62,416 bases of DNA from Methanobacteriota archaeon (GTDB lineage Archaea > Thermoplasmatota > Poseidoniia > Poseidoniales > Poseidoniaceae). Shown in pieces: positions 17,465-26,844 of the stretch (the first letter of the stretch is position 1; every line of letters starts with the position of its first letter). Below the pieces are notes generated by a model that searched no databases, was not told the origin of the DNA, and saw nothing but the letters and a program-made list of their open reading frames with translations. Where the stretch lies: contig PAAW01000061.1 of NCBI GenBank assembly GCA_002699515.1, forward strand, positions 1-62,416, read 5' to 3'. Made by a program: the position numbers and the translations under genes.

Positions 17465-18682
17465 ATGGAGTTAAATTCTATTGATAGAGATTTTTTAGCA
17501 ACTAAAAGAAAAAAGTTATTAACAGATGAAGATTTCAATCTAAATTTTTCCAAACTAGAAAATCATTTTAATAACAAAAAAGTCTTGATAATTGGGGGTT
17601 CAGGTTCCATTGGATCATCTTTTGTAAGCGAGATATCAGAATTTTCACTTAAATCAATTCATATAATAGACCCTAATGAAAATGGTCTTACAAACTTAGT
17701 AAGAAATTTGAGAAGTAAAGACAATAAAGCTTCTTCCTTAAATTTGATTACCTCACCATTAGACTTTGGCTCAAAAATTACAGAACAATTTATTATTGAT
17801 AATGGGCCATATGATTTTATTTATAATTTTGCAGCAATAAAACATGTCAGATCTGAGAAAGATCTATATTCAACAATGCAAATGTTTGATACAAATGTTG
17901 TTAAGCATTCAAACTTATTAGAAAAAATACTTAAAGAAAAATCTTCAAAAGGATATTTTTCTGTATCAACAGATAAAGCGGCAAACCCCGTTAGCTTGAT
18001 GGGAGCATCGAAAAAGATAATGGAATTAGTTCTTCAGTGCAAACATTTAGAATCTGAATCAGATTTAATTACATCAACAACTAGGTTTGCAAATGTTGCT
18101 TTCTCTAACGGGAGTCTCTTACAGTCTTTTCCTATCAGATTTGAAAAACAAGAGCCCCTACCTTCACCAATTGATATAGATAGATACTTTGTATCACATA
18201 AAGAAGCAGCACAAATATGTATGCTTTCTACTGCAAGTCTTTCTGATGGTGATATATTAGTACCTAAAATATCTGAATCTTTTAAGCTTTATCCAATAAT
18301 TGAAGTTGCAAAAAACTTTATTCATTCAAAAAATTTAATTCCAGTTGTTGTTGACACCAAAGAAGAAGCTTACAAAATTATTAGTAAAAAAAATAATGAA
18401 TATCCAATATATGCGACTATCCCTGATACGTCAGGCGAAAAAGAGTTTGAAGAGTTTGTAGGAAGTGGTGAAGAACTTAAAGAATCAGAGTTTGAAAATT
18501 TTGACATCGTAAAACATTCAGAGTTTGATATTGGCAAGCTCAAAGAGTTTTTACTTGAATTCAATTTAATGCTATCTGGTGATAAAAAATTAAACAAAAA
18601 AGATTTAGTTGAAAGAATAAAACAAATAGTAAAATCATTTAACCATATTGATACGGGTTTAAGTTTAGATAACAGAATGTAA
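17465..18682 (+). CDS. NDP-sugar 4,6-dehydratase/epimerase, CapD/PseB/LegB-type (Polysacc_synt_2)
   Basis: VLIIGGSGSIGSSF Rossmann motif, plus STDKAANPVSLMGASKK, which is typical of the CapD/FlaA1 family. Confidence 0.75.
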   Translation: MELNSIDRDFLATKRKKLLTDEDFNLNFSKLENHFNNKKVLIIGGSGSIGSSFVSEISEFSLKSIHIIDPNENGLTNLVRNLRSKDNKASSLNLITSPLDFGSKITEQFIIDNGPYDFIYNFAAIKHVRSEKDLYSTMQMFDTNVVKHSNLLEKILKEKSSKGYFSVSTDKAANPVSLMGASKKIMELVLQCKHLESESDLITSTTRFANVAFSNGSLLQSFPIRFEKQEPLPSPIDIDRYFVSHKEAAQICMLSTASLSDGDILVPKISESFKLYPIIEVAKNFIHSKNLIPVVVDTKEEAYKIISKKNNEYPIYATIPDTSGEKEFEEFVGSGEELKESEFENFDIVKHSEFDIGKLKEFLLEFNLMLSGDKKLNKKDLVERIKQIVKSFNHIDTGLSLDNRM

Positions 18683-18684
18683 GA

Positions 18685-19872
18685 ATGAAAAAAGTTGCTG
18701 TTTTTACTGGAAATAGAGCTGAGTTTGGTTTACAAACTCCCCTTTTGCATGAACTAAAAAAAAGTAATAATTTCGATTTGATTCTAATAGCTGCTGCGAG
18801 CCATATTGATCCAGATTTTGGTTCAACGATAAAAGAGATTGAGGAAAGTGGTTTTGAAATAAAATACAAAATTGACTTTAGACATAATTCAGATGATTTA
18901 CATGAAAATCCAAAAACTATTTCCGAGGGAATAAATCTTATTTCAGAGGTATTAAAAAAAATAAATCCTGATGTATTTATTGTTTATGCGGATAGATATG
19001 AGGGTTTTGCTGCTGTTATAGCTTCAACTCAAATGGGAATACTCACTGCTCATATAGAAGGTGGAGATGTAACGGAAGGAGGCACTTTTGATGATTCTGT
19101 AAGACATGCAATGACAAAACTTTCACATCTGCATTTCACTACAAACAAAGAGGCTTCTTCAAGGATCATTCAATTAGGTGAAAATCCAATAAACGTTTTT
19201 GAAGTTGGTTTATCTTCTGTAGATTTGATTCATAATAAAGAATATACAGATAAAGAAAATATTATAAAAAACTATAAGTTAGAAGATATTGAAAATTTAA
19301 TAGTATTTACACAGCATCCAGTTCCAATTAATAGGGATAAAATTTCTCAAGAATTTAGTCAAATTGAAAGTGCTTTTTCAGCTTTAGATATAAATAACTT
19401 AAAAATTATTTGTACTTATCCAAACAGTGATGTTGGTGGAAAAGAAATTATTAATATATTAAGTAAATGGAAAGAACAATATAATTTCATTGACATTTAT
19501 GAGTCTCTTGGTCGAAAAGACTTCCATGGGCTATTAGATTTAAATAATTCATCTCAAATTAAGTCATGCTACATTGGTAATTCTTCTGCTGGAATTAAAG
19601 AAACACCAGCTTTAAGGTGTCCAGCTCTTATTTTAGGAGATAGACAAAACGGAAGATTACATTCTACAAATGTGATTTTTTCAGAAATAGAGAAAAATAA
19701 AATTATTAATAATATAAATAGCATCTTTCTAGATAATGAAAAATTTAATACTTTAAGAGAATGTGAAAATCCTTATGGGGATGGAAAAATGGGTAAAAAA
19801 GTTGTAAATATACTTTCCGAAACAAAATTAAAAAAAGAGCTCTTAACCAAAAAATTTTTTGACATCAACTAG
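18685..19872 (+). CDS. neuC: UDP/GDP-N-acetylglucosamine-type 2-epimerase, hydrolysing (NeuC/LegG family)
   Basis: VAVFTGNRAEFG and AHIEGGDVTEGG motifs of the hydrolysing 2-epimerases. Follows neuB and the dehydratase with 2-nt gaps. Confidence 0.85.
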   Translation: MKKVAVFTGNRAEFGLQTPLLHELKKSNNFDLILIAAASHIDPDFGSTIKEIEESGFEIKYKIDFRHNSDDLHENPKTISEGINLISEVLKKINPDVFIVYADRYEGFAAVIASTQMGILTAHIEGGDVTEGGTFDDSVRHAMTKLSHLHFTTNKEASSRIIQLGENPINVFEVGLSSVDLIHNKEYTDKENIIKNYKLEDIENLIVFTQHPVPINRDKISQEFSQIESAFSALDINNLKIICTYPNSDVGGKEIINILSKWKEQYNFIDIYESLGRKDFHGLLDLNNSSQIKSCYIGNSSAGIKETPALRCPALILGDRQNGRLHSTNVIFSEIEKNKIINNINSIFLDNEKFNTLRECENPYGDGKMGKKVVNILSETKLKKELLTKKFFDIN

Positions 19873-21400
19873 ATGTATTTTGTATAAAATTCATAAATTC
19901 ATTTAAACTTTTTGATTTTAAATTTAACTTATCAGCAGTTTCAAATGAATATTTTCTATTTTCTGTTTTCGTTATTTCATTAGAAAAATCAATTGATGAT
20001 TCAAATACTAAACTATAAAAGTATTGTTCAACATCAGAATAAATATTATTTGGGATTTCATGTTTTTGATTAAGAAGCTTCTTAAATGATTCAAAATATT
20101 TATCTTTATTTTTAGATGGTTTAAAATAATTAATTCTTGTGTAGTGTGCGTTACCTGCTGTAAGTACATTTTTATTTAGTAAAACAGACTCCAAGGCTAC
20201 AGTTGAGTTATAGACAAGTACTAAATCAGAAATTTTAATTAACTCATAGGAGCTAATATTATTTTCTGAAGAAATAATAACAACATTCTTTAATTTAGAA
20301 AAACCATTTTCTACAAGCCACTCACTAGTAGGTTGGAAAAGTTTTTTATCTTCTCTAGATTCATCTGGGTGAGATCTGTAAATAAAAAGGGTAGAAGGGT
20401 TTTCTTTTACTAGCTTTTTAGTTGATAACAACCAATCATATAAATCTTCAAATAAATAATGAGCGTTCACTTGTGACGTATCAAAAGGAACATTTAAAAA
20501 CAAACTAGCAGTATTTTTGTATTCTTTAATTTTTTTGATTAAATCTTTTGAAATAGGTTCCATTTCTTTCCAAAACTTTACCCCACCCCTGTCAAATTCT
20601 CCAGTTCTTCTTTTTTGAAGGTATTCTTCCAATTTATTTTTTTCTTCAATTTTTAATTTAGATTTTCTTATTTTGAAGTTATAGTCTGGAGCAAATTCTT
20701 CTGAAAAAAATATTGAATTATTTGCAAAGCCACTTTCAAAAGTAAATACTTTTACATTTTTCAATTCTAGAACTTTTTTAATGATTGATTCTGGAAAAGT
20801 GTACCCATTAAATATAATTGCAAACTTTGGAAGACGTCCCTCTGGCATTTCATTTAAATAATTTATCCACTGCTTGGATGACAATAACATATTTTTTTGA
20901 AATGATTTATATAGTTTTTCATCAGATGTGTTCCCCCTTAATAGCCATCTTATAGATGGCTCTATAAGACTTTTAATTTCATCATCACTTAAAATTTCTA
21001 CGTTTTTATTTTTTCTATCATTTTTTGAGAAAACAATTGGATGAGTTCCATCAGTAAATTTTCTATTAAATTTGATACATGAGTAACAAGGCATCATGTG
21101 ATTTGGGTTTAATACGGATGCCCCAGTTTGACAAAACACTGGGCCTCCTTCACACTGTAGAGTTGTGACAGAATAACCTTCGTCTGAAAGTTTTTTAACT
21201 AATATATTTCCAACTGTACTAAAAAGGCTCATAAAGTCTAGATGAGATGAGCTATTAAAATACCAAACATCTTTTTTATCGTATTTTTTTGAATAGTTAT
21301 TTTTTAAAAAGCGAGGTTTTTCAACCATAAAACTTAATAGGTTTTTTGAAACACCCCTGAAGTTACTGTTAACTAACTTTTTCAATGAATTTATTTTCAC
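19865..21400 (-). CDS. Uncharacterised TagF/KpsS-like HP-motif protein with N-terminal Cys cluster
   Basis: 511 aa. N-terminal CEGGPVFC ... CYSC. C-terminal LFIYRSHPDE ... LVYNSTVALES pattern. Confidence 0.4.
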   Translation of the reverse strand: MKINSLKKLVNSNFRGVSKNLLSFMVEKPRFLKNNYSKKYDKKDVWYFNSSSHLDFMSLFSTVGNILVKKLSDEGYSVTTLQCEGGPVFCQTGASVLNPNHMMPCYSCIKFNRKFTDGTHPIVFSKNDRKNKNVEILSDDEIKSLIEPSIRWLLRGNTSDEKLYKSFQKNMLLSSKQWINYLNEMPEGRLPKFAIIFNGYTFPESIIKKVLELKNVKVFTFESGFANNSIFFSEEFAPDYNFKIRKSKLKIEEKNKLEEYLQKRRTGEFDRGGVKFWKEMEPISKDLIKKIKEYKNTASLFLNVPFDTSQVNAHYLFEDLYDWLLSTKKLVKENPSTLFIYRSHPDESREDKKLFQPTSEWLVENGFSKLKNVVIISSENNISSYELIKISDLVLVYNSTVALESVLLNKNVLTAGNAHYTRINYFKPSKNKDKYFESFKKLLNQKHEIPNNIYSDVEQYFYSLVFESSIDFSNEITKTENRKYSFETADKLNLKSKSLNEFMNFIQNTSS

Positions 21401-21453
21401 TTCATAAAAAACGATAACATGTAATTTAGATTAAAAATAGACTAATTTATATT

Positions 21454-22176
21454 ATGAGTGAAATGAAAAGAGCACTACTTTTATTGCCAAAATTAACTGG
21501 GCCTTTAAGGTCATACTATAACTTATTCTTTGGTGAAAAAGAAATAAAATATTTACATCAATACCTAAAACAATATAACAAAAATTATGACTTTATTGAT
21601 GTTGGTGCAAACTATGGCATTTATAGCTTCCTGTTTGGATATAAATCAAAACTTACTTTTATTATTGAACCAGTAAAAGAATGTATTGAATACATTAAGG
21701 GAGGATATATGAATGACAATGTGAAATTTTTTGAAAAAGTTGCATCAAATAGTGATAACAAAAAAATCTTAAATATACCATTTGAAAATAAAAAACTAAT
21801 TTTTGGTAAGTCATCTCTAGAGAACATTCACAAGGATCAAGAACAAATTAGAGTCGAATCTTTTAAGCTAGACTCTCTTTACTGTGACCTCACCCCTAAA
21901 GATTCAAATTTAGTATTTATTAAAATAGATGTTGAAGGTCATGAAGAAAAAGTTATTGACGGATGTAAGAAAATACTCTCAAGTAAGAAAACCCTTTTAT
22001 TAATAGAGATTGAACAAAGGCATAATAAAAATTATTTAAATACCTTTGATAAATTATTGAACTCAGGCTTTAAAGCATATAATGTAGAAAAAAATTACTT
22101 ACGCGAATTAAAAAATGCTGATGAATTTAAAGATGCAATGAAATATAATATAAATTTCTTATTTAAAAATTATTAA
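21454..22176 (+). CDS. FkbM-family methyltransferase
   Basis: FIDVGANYGIYS and IKIDVEGHEEKVIDG are hallmark FkbM motifs. Confidence 0.75.
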   Translation: MSEMKRALLLLPKLTGPLRSYYNLFFGEKEIKYLHQYLKQYNKNYDFIDVGANYGIYSFLFGYKSKLTFIIEPVKECIEYIKGGYMNDNVKFFEKVASNSDNKKILNIPFENKKLIFGKSSLENIHKDQEQIRVESFKLDSLYCDLTPKDSNLVFIKIDVEGHEEKVIDGCKKILSSKKTLLLIEIEQRHNKNYLNTFDKLLNSGFKAYNVEKNYLRELKNADEFKDAMKYNINFLFKNY

Positions 22177-22212
22177 TAAACTTAAACTAACTTAATAATA
22201 TAGTTAAAAACA

Positions 22213-23826
22213 ATGAACAAATTAAAATTACTCATTACAGATATTCTTAAAGTTTCCAAGATAACAAAAACTTCAAAGAAGAAAAGAAGAATTATTTTCT
22301 CCGTATTTCTATCAAATTTAATAGTTTTTTTTGATATATTAATAATTTTAATTTTTACAAATATTTTCACTTCAAATTTAAATGCACAAAATTTTATAGT
22401 TGATTTTTTTATGAACAATTTAGTTTTATTTCCAGTAGTAATTCTTTTAAGATTCCTGTCAATTTATATCGAAAAAATGAATGTGCTTAATTTGAAGTTA
22501 AATATTGAAGAAAATTTGAGAACTCATTTAATAAAAGAAATATTTGATAAAGGAAATTATTCAATTTCCGACGCCTATTATTTTATAAATACAATTTCAA
22601 TGCAAGTTTCTAGTTTTTATGGAACGTTAACTGTATTTCTCAGTAGTATGCTTCAAATATTTGCATATGCTTCATATTTAATATATACCGATTTCAATAC
22701 AGTAATTGTTTTTTTTGGAGGTCTTATAATTCTTGCCTATCCTACATATTTTCTTACAAAGACAGGAAGAAAATATGCACATTTAACATATGAGTTTGGA
22801 GAAGAAATTAGCAAAGATACAGAAAAAGTTCTAGACAATTTATTTCTCATTAAGATTATAAATTTAGTAAATAATGAAGTTAAAAACTTTAAGAAAAGTT
22901 TAAAAAATTATTACAGTTCCTCTTATAACAACTTAAGATTCGGAACTTTAAACGCTATCCTACCAAATTTTTCTACAATGATGCTCTTGTCAATACTTTT
23001 AGTATTCTTTAATTTTGTAAAAGTATTGACACTTGATTTTATTGGAGTAATGCTTAGACTATTTCAGACACTAGGTATATTCAATGACAACCTCCACTTA
23101 ATTTCCGCATATCATGTCTATTTGGAAAACCTTTATTTAATGGAAAAAAACAAAGAAGTATCTTTTTCAGAAAACTATATAGTTAATAGTGAATTAGATG
23201 AAAAGAATTCAATAGTAATTTCTGATGTAAGCTTTAAGTATTTTAATAGTGATGAGTATATTTTTGAAAATTTAAATCTTGAAATTCCAAGAGGAAAACA
23301 CATCGTAATTACTGGAGTCAATGGATCTGGTAAAAGCACTTTGTTGGGCTTGTTGTCTGGAGTTTTTTATGCTGAAAAAGGAAATGTAAAATCATTTACT
23401 TCAAAATTAGGGTATGTTGGGGCATCTCCTATGATTATAAATTCAACCCTAAGAGAAAATTTAACTTATGGAATTGATAAAGAAATTTCAGACCAGGAAA
23501 TGTTTGAAATTATAGATTTATTTAAATTATTTAATGAAAACAATACAACTTTAGAAAAGAAAATATCAAATAAAACGTTATCGATGGGGCAAATGCAGAA
23601 AATAGCTTTCATGAGGGCTCTTTTATCAGGAGTTGAGGTCCTTATACTCGATGAGTCAACATCTAATCTTGATGAAGAATCAAAGAAGCTTATTTTTAAA
23701 ATACTCAAAGAAGCAAAAATAACAATAATTAACTCTACACATAATAAAAGAGATTTTGAAAATGTGGATCTTTACATTGAGTTAGTAATTTCTTTAGAAG
23801 GAAAAAGAGAATTATTGCTTACTTAG
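22213..23826 (+). CDS. ABC exporter, fused permease + ATPase, with atypical Q-loop
   Basis: 537 aa. Walker A GVNGSGKST, signature LSMGQMQK, Walker B VLILDESTS, H-loop STHN. The Q-loop position reads YVGASPMI, with no Gln. Confidence 0.8.
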   Translation: MNKLKLLITDILKVSKITKTSKKKRRIIFSVFLSNLIVFFDILIILIFTNIFTSNLNAQNFIVDFFMNNLVLFPVVILLRFLSIYIEKMNVLNLKLNIEENLRTHLIKEIFDKGNYSISDAYYFINTISMQVSSFYGTLTVFLSSMLQIFAYASYLIYTDFNTVIVFFGGLIILAYPTYFLTKTGRKYAHLTYEFGEEISKDTEKVLDNLFLIKIINLVNNEVKNFKKSLKNYYSSSYNNLRFGTLNAILPNFSTMMLLSILLVFFNFVKVLTLDFIGVMLRLFQTLGIFNDNLHLISAYHVYLENLYLMEKNKEVSFSENYIVNSELDEKNSIVISDVSFKYFNSDEYIFENLNLEIPRGKHIVITGVNGSGKSTLLGLLSGVFYAEKGNVKSFTSKLGYVGASPMIINSTLRENLTYGIDKEISDQEMFEIIDLFKLFNENNTTLEKKISNKTLSMGQMQKIAFMRALLSGVEVLILDESTSNLDEESKKLIFKILKEAKITIINSTHNKRDFENVDLYIELVISLEGKRELLLT

Positions 23827-24937
23827 AAGTAATTAGTTGAATATCTTGATAGATATTATTTGCTAGTTCTTCTATAGAGTTATTTTTTTTAATGTATTCA
23901 ATTCCATTCTCAGATAAGTTTTGTTCGTCATCCAGTGTATTTATATTTTTCAACAGAGATTGTAAAGGCATTGAATGTTCATTAAATAAAATACCGTTAA
24001 CTTTATTATTTATAATTTCAACATTGTTTGGAATATCTTTTGCAATAACGACACAACCTGAAGCCATTGCCTCAAGAATAGCTTTAGGATTTCCTTCAAA
24101 TGAAGAAGTAGAAACAAAATATTTATACTCAGCCATTAGCTTAAGAAGTTGATTATTTTCTACAGTTCCTAAAAAATTTACATTCACAGCTAAATTTTCA
24201 GATATTTTTTCAAGATTTTCTTGTTCACTCCCAGAGCCGACAATGTCTAAGGTTAGATTTGTATTGACTAAACATTTAATTAAGTATTCAAAATTTTTTT
24301 GTTTTTCTAATCTTCCAACTGAAAGTATTTTATTTTCATATCTTAAATTAAAATTTTTATAGTTTTCGTTTGATACCCAATTCGGTCTTATAACAAGTTT
24401 CTTTTTATTAACTAGAAAGTATTTTTTTAAAAACATTGAGTCCAATTTGTTTGTAATTGAATAAATATTTGAAAAAATTAAAGTCAACTGGGTTAATAAA
24501 TAATATAGAAATATTTTAAATATCGACTTTTTTTCTTTTAAGCTGAATAAAAACATATCGTAACCTGTTCTAGTGTAGAGGGGTTTTTTGGAGTTCAATT
24601 TAAGAAGAATAGAGGCCCAGCTTCCTAAAAGTTGATTTTGTTTAATTACGTCAAAATTACCAATTTCGTTTTTTAATAATTTTGACAGCTTAAAACTGCT
24701 ATATAAGTTTTTATATTTATTTTCTGATTTATTTATAAGTGAATAAATAGGAACTATTTTTATATTTTTGTTAAGTTTAAATTCTTTATCTTTATTATCC
24801 CCATACGTAACAAATGTAAACTTAAGTCCAAAATCTTCAATAAGCTTATCAAATATCTTTAATTCTCTGGACAAAATACCTGCAGATTCCCAGCTTTTTA
24901 TGGAATAACCGTATGTAAAAAAATAAACGATGTGCAC
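23819..24937 (-). CDS. GT4-type (GT-B) glycosyltransferase
   Basis: C-terminal STSSFEGNPKAILEAMASGCVVIA (E-x7-E region). Confidence 0.7.
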   Translation of the reverse strand: MHIVYFFTYGYSIKSWESAGILSRELKIFDKLIEDFGLKFTFVTYGDNKDKEFKLNKNIKIVPIYSLINKSENKYKNLYSSFKLSKLLKNEIGNFDVIKQNQLLGSWASILLKLNSKKPLYTRTGYDMFLFSLKEKKSIFKIFLYYLLTQLTLIFSNIYSITNKLDSMFLKKYFLVNKKKLVIRPNWVSNENYKNFNLRYENKILSVGRLEKQKNFEYLIKCLVNTNLTLDIVGSGSEQENLEKISENLAVNVNFLGTVENNQLLKLMAEYKYFVSTSSFEGNPKAILEAMASGCVVIAKDIPNNVEIINNKVNGILFNEHSMPLQSLLKNINTLDDEQNLSENGIEYIKKNNSIEELANNIYQDIQLITSK

Positions 24938-24997
24938 AAAAATTAGTGTAACTTCTATAGTGGAATAAGACCAGATAAACTTTTTATTATAGAAGAA

Positions 24998-26155
24998 ATG
25001 AAAAAAATCTTAATTGTACATACAAAATATACACAAAAAGGTGGTGAGGATATTGCTGTTGAGAAAGAAATTGATTATTTAAAGAGTTATTACAAGGTCG
25101 AAACATTAATATTTGAAAATACTTTTAAGCTTAAAATTAAAGAGATAAAAGCATTTTTTTATAACAAAAATGTTGAAAGTCTAGATAAGTTTAAAGAAAA
25201 AGTAATAGATTTTGAACCAGATTATGTGTATATACACAATCTTTGGTTTATGGCATCACTTGGAATTCTTGAATATTCACTGAATGAAGAATTAAATGTA
25301 ATACATAAATTACATAATTTTAGATATGACTGTACAAAATCATTTATTTCTCGTAAACATTTAAAGGGTGAAAAAATTTGCAAAGCATGTGGGCTTAATA
25401 AGTCTGATATAGGAAAGTTTAATAGATACTATAAAGAGTCATTTATTAAATCAGTTCTGGTTAATAATTTTGGGAGAAAATATTTTAAGTTGTTAAAAAA
25501 CAATAAACTGAAAATAATAACCCTTACTGAACATCACAAAAATTACTTGAATAAACTTGGTATTGAATTAGATAATATATTCGTTCAACCTAATCCCACA
25601 TTAAGTATTAATAAAACATATAACCAAACAAGCAAGAGACTAAATCAAATCGTCTATGCAGGCAGAATTTCTCAAGAAAAGGGAGTAGAAGAGCTCATTG
25701 AAGCATGGAAATTATTAGATGAACATAATTCAAAATTAATAATTATTGGTGAAGGCCCATTACTAAACGATATAGAGAAAAAATGTGAAAAAATTAATTC
25801 AGTAGAGATTCTTGGTTATAGAGACAATACAGAAGTATTAAAAATAATAAATGAATCTAAAGCAGTAATTACTACAACCAAACTATATGAAGGACAACCA
25901 ACCTTGTTATGTGAAGCCTCAGAACTTTCGGTGCCTTCAATTTTTCCAGACTCTGGAGGAATTAAAGATTTTTTTCCAAATAATTATGAATATAAATTTG
26001 AACAATTTAACTATCAAGACTTACTTAGCAAACTTAATAAAGTAGTATGTTCAGATTATTTAATAGAACAAGGGAAAGAGAATCAACAATTTATTTATAG
26101 ATATTTAGATGCTGATCGCCTCATACAATCTTTTGATAAAGTACTAGAGGCATAA
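24998..26155 (+). CDS. GT4-type (GT-B) glycosyltransferase
   Basis: HTKYTQKGGED at the N-terminus, GRISQEKG, and TTKLYEGQPTLLCEASELSVPSI. Confidence 0.75.
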   Translation: MKKILIVHTKYTQKGGEDIAVEKEIDYLKSYYKVETLIFENTFKLKIKEIKAFFYNKNVESLDKFKEKVIDFEPDYVYIHNLWFMASLGILEYSLNEELNVIHKLHNFRYDCTKSFISRKHLKGEKICKACGLNKSDIGKFNRYYKESFIKSVLVNNFGRKYFKLLKNNKLKIITLTEHHKNYLNKLGIELDNIFVQPNPTLSINKTYNQTSKRLNQIVYAGRISQEKGVEELIEAWKLLDEHNSKLIIIGEGPLLNDIEKKCEKINSVEILGYRDNTEVLKIINESKAVITTTKLYEGQPTLLCEASELSVPSIFPDSGGIKDFFPNNYEYKFEQFNYQDLLSKLNKVVCSDYLIEQGKENQQFIYRYLDADRLIQSFDKVLEA

Positions 26156-26157
26156 TA

Positions 26158-26844
26158 ATGAGCGAACTTATATCCGTATTATTATCAGTTCATAATGATG
26201 AGATCAATATTAGGAAAGCTATAGAAAGTATTCTTACTCAGGAATATGAAAACATTGAACTTTTACTATTAGATGATGCATCAACGGACAATACTTACAA
26301 TGTATGTGAAGAATATTCATATATTGATAATCGAATAAAATTATTTAAAAATTCTGAAAATCAAGGATTAACAAAATCTTTAAATAAATTAATAAAAAAA
26401 TCCAATGGAGTTTTTATTGCTAGACAAGATTCAGATGACATTAGTTATAAAAACAGATTAATGGATCAATACAATTTTCTTATAAATAGTGATTTTGATA
26501 TTTGCACTTCACTAGCAAAAATTAAAGATAGATCAAAGGTTATACCAGGTTTTTCAAAGCATTTAAATCCAAATATTACAGTAAAGTATAAAAATCCATT
26601 TATACATGGAACTTTAATGATTAAATCAGAAACCTTAATAAAGATTGGTATGTATAACGAAAATTTTTACTACGCTCAAGACTACAAATTGTTCAAAGAT
26701 CTAATTGAAAATAAACATAAAATAAAAATTATCAAAAAAGTACTATACGAGATAAATATGACTGATAACATTTCAATGAAAAATAAAAACGAACAAGCCT
26801 ATTTTGCAGATTGCGTTCGAAGAAATATAATACCTATAAATTAA
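26158..26844 (+). CDS. GT2 glycosyltransferase
   Basis: ISVLLSVHNDE, LLDDASTDNT and ARQDSDD (DxD) motifs. Confidence 0.8.
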   Translation: MSELISVLLSVHNDEINIRKAIESILTQEYENIELLLLDDASTDNTYNVCEEYSYIDNRIKLFKNSENQGLTKSLNKLIKKSNGVFIARQDSDDISYKNRLMDQYNFLINSDFDICTSLAKIKDRSKVIPGFSKHLNPNITVKYKNPFIHGTLMIKSETLIKIGMYNENFYYAQDYKLFKDLIENKHKIKIIKKVLYEINMTDNISMKNKNEQAYFADCVRRNIIPIN

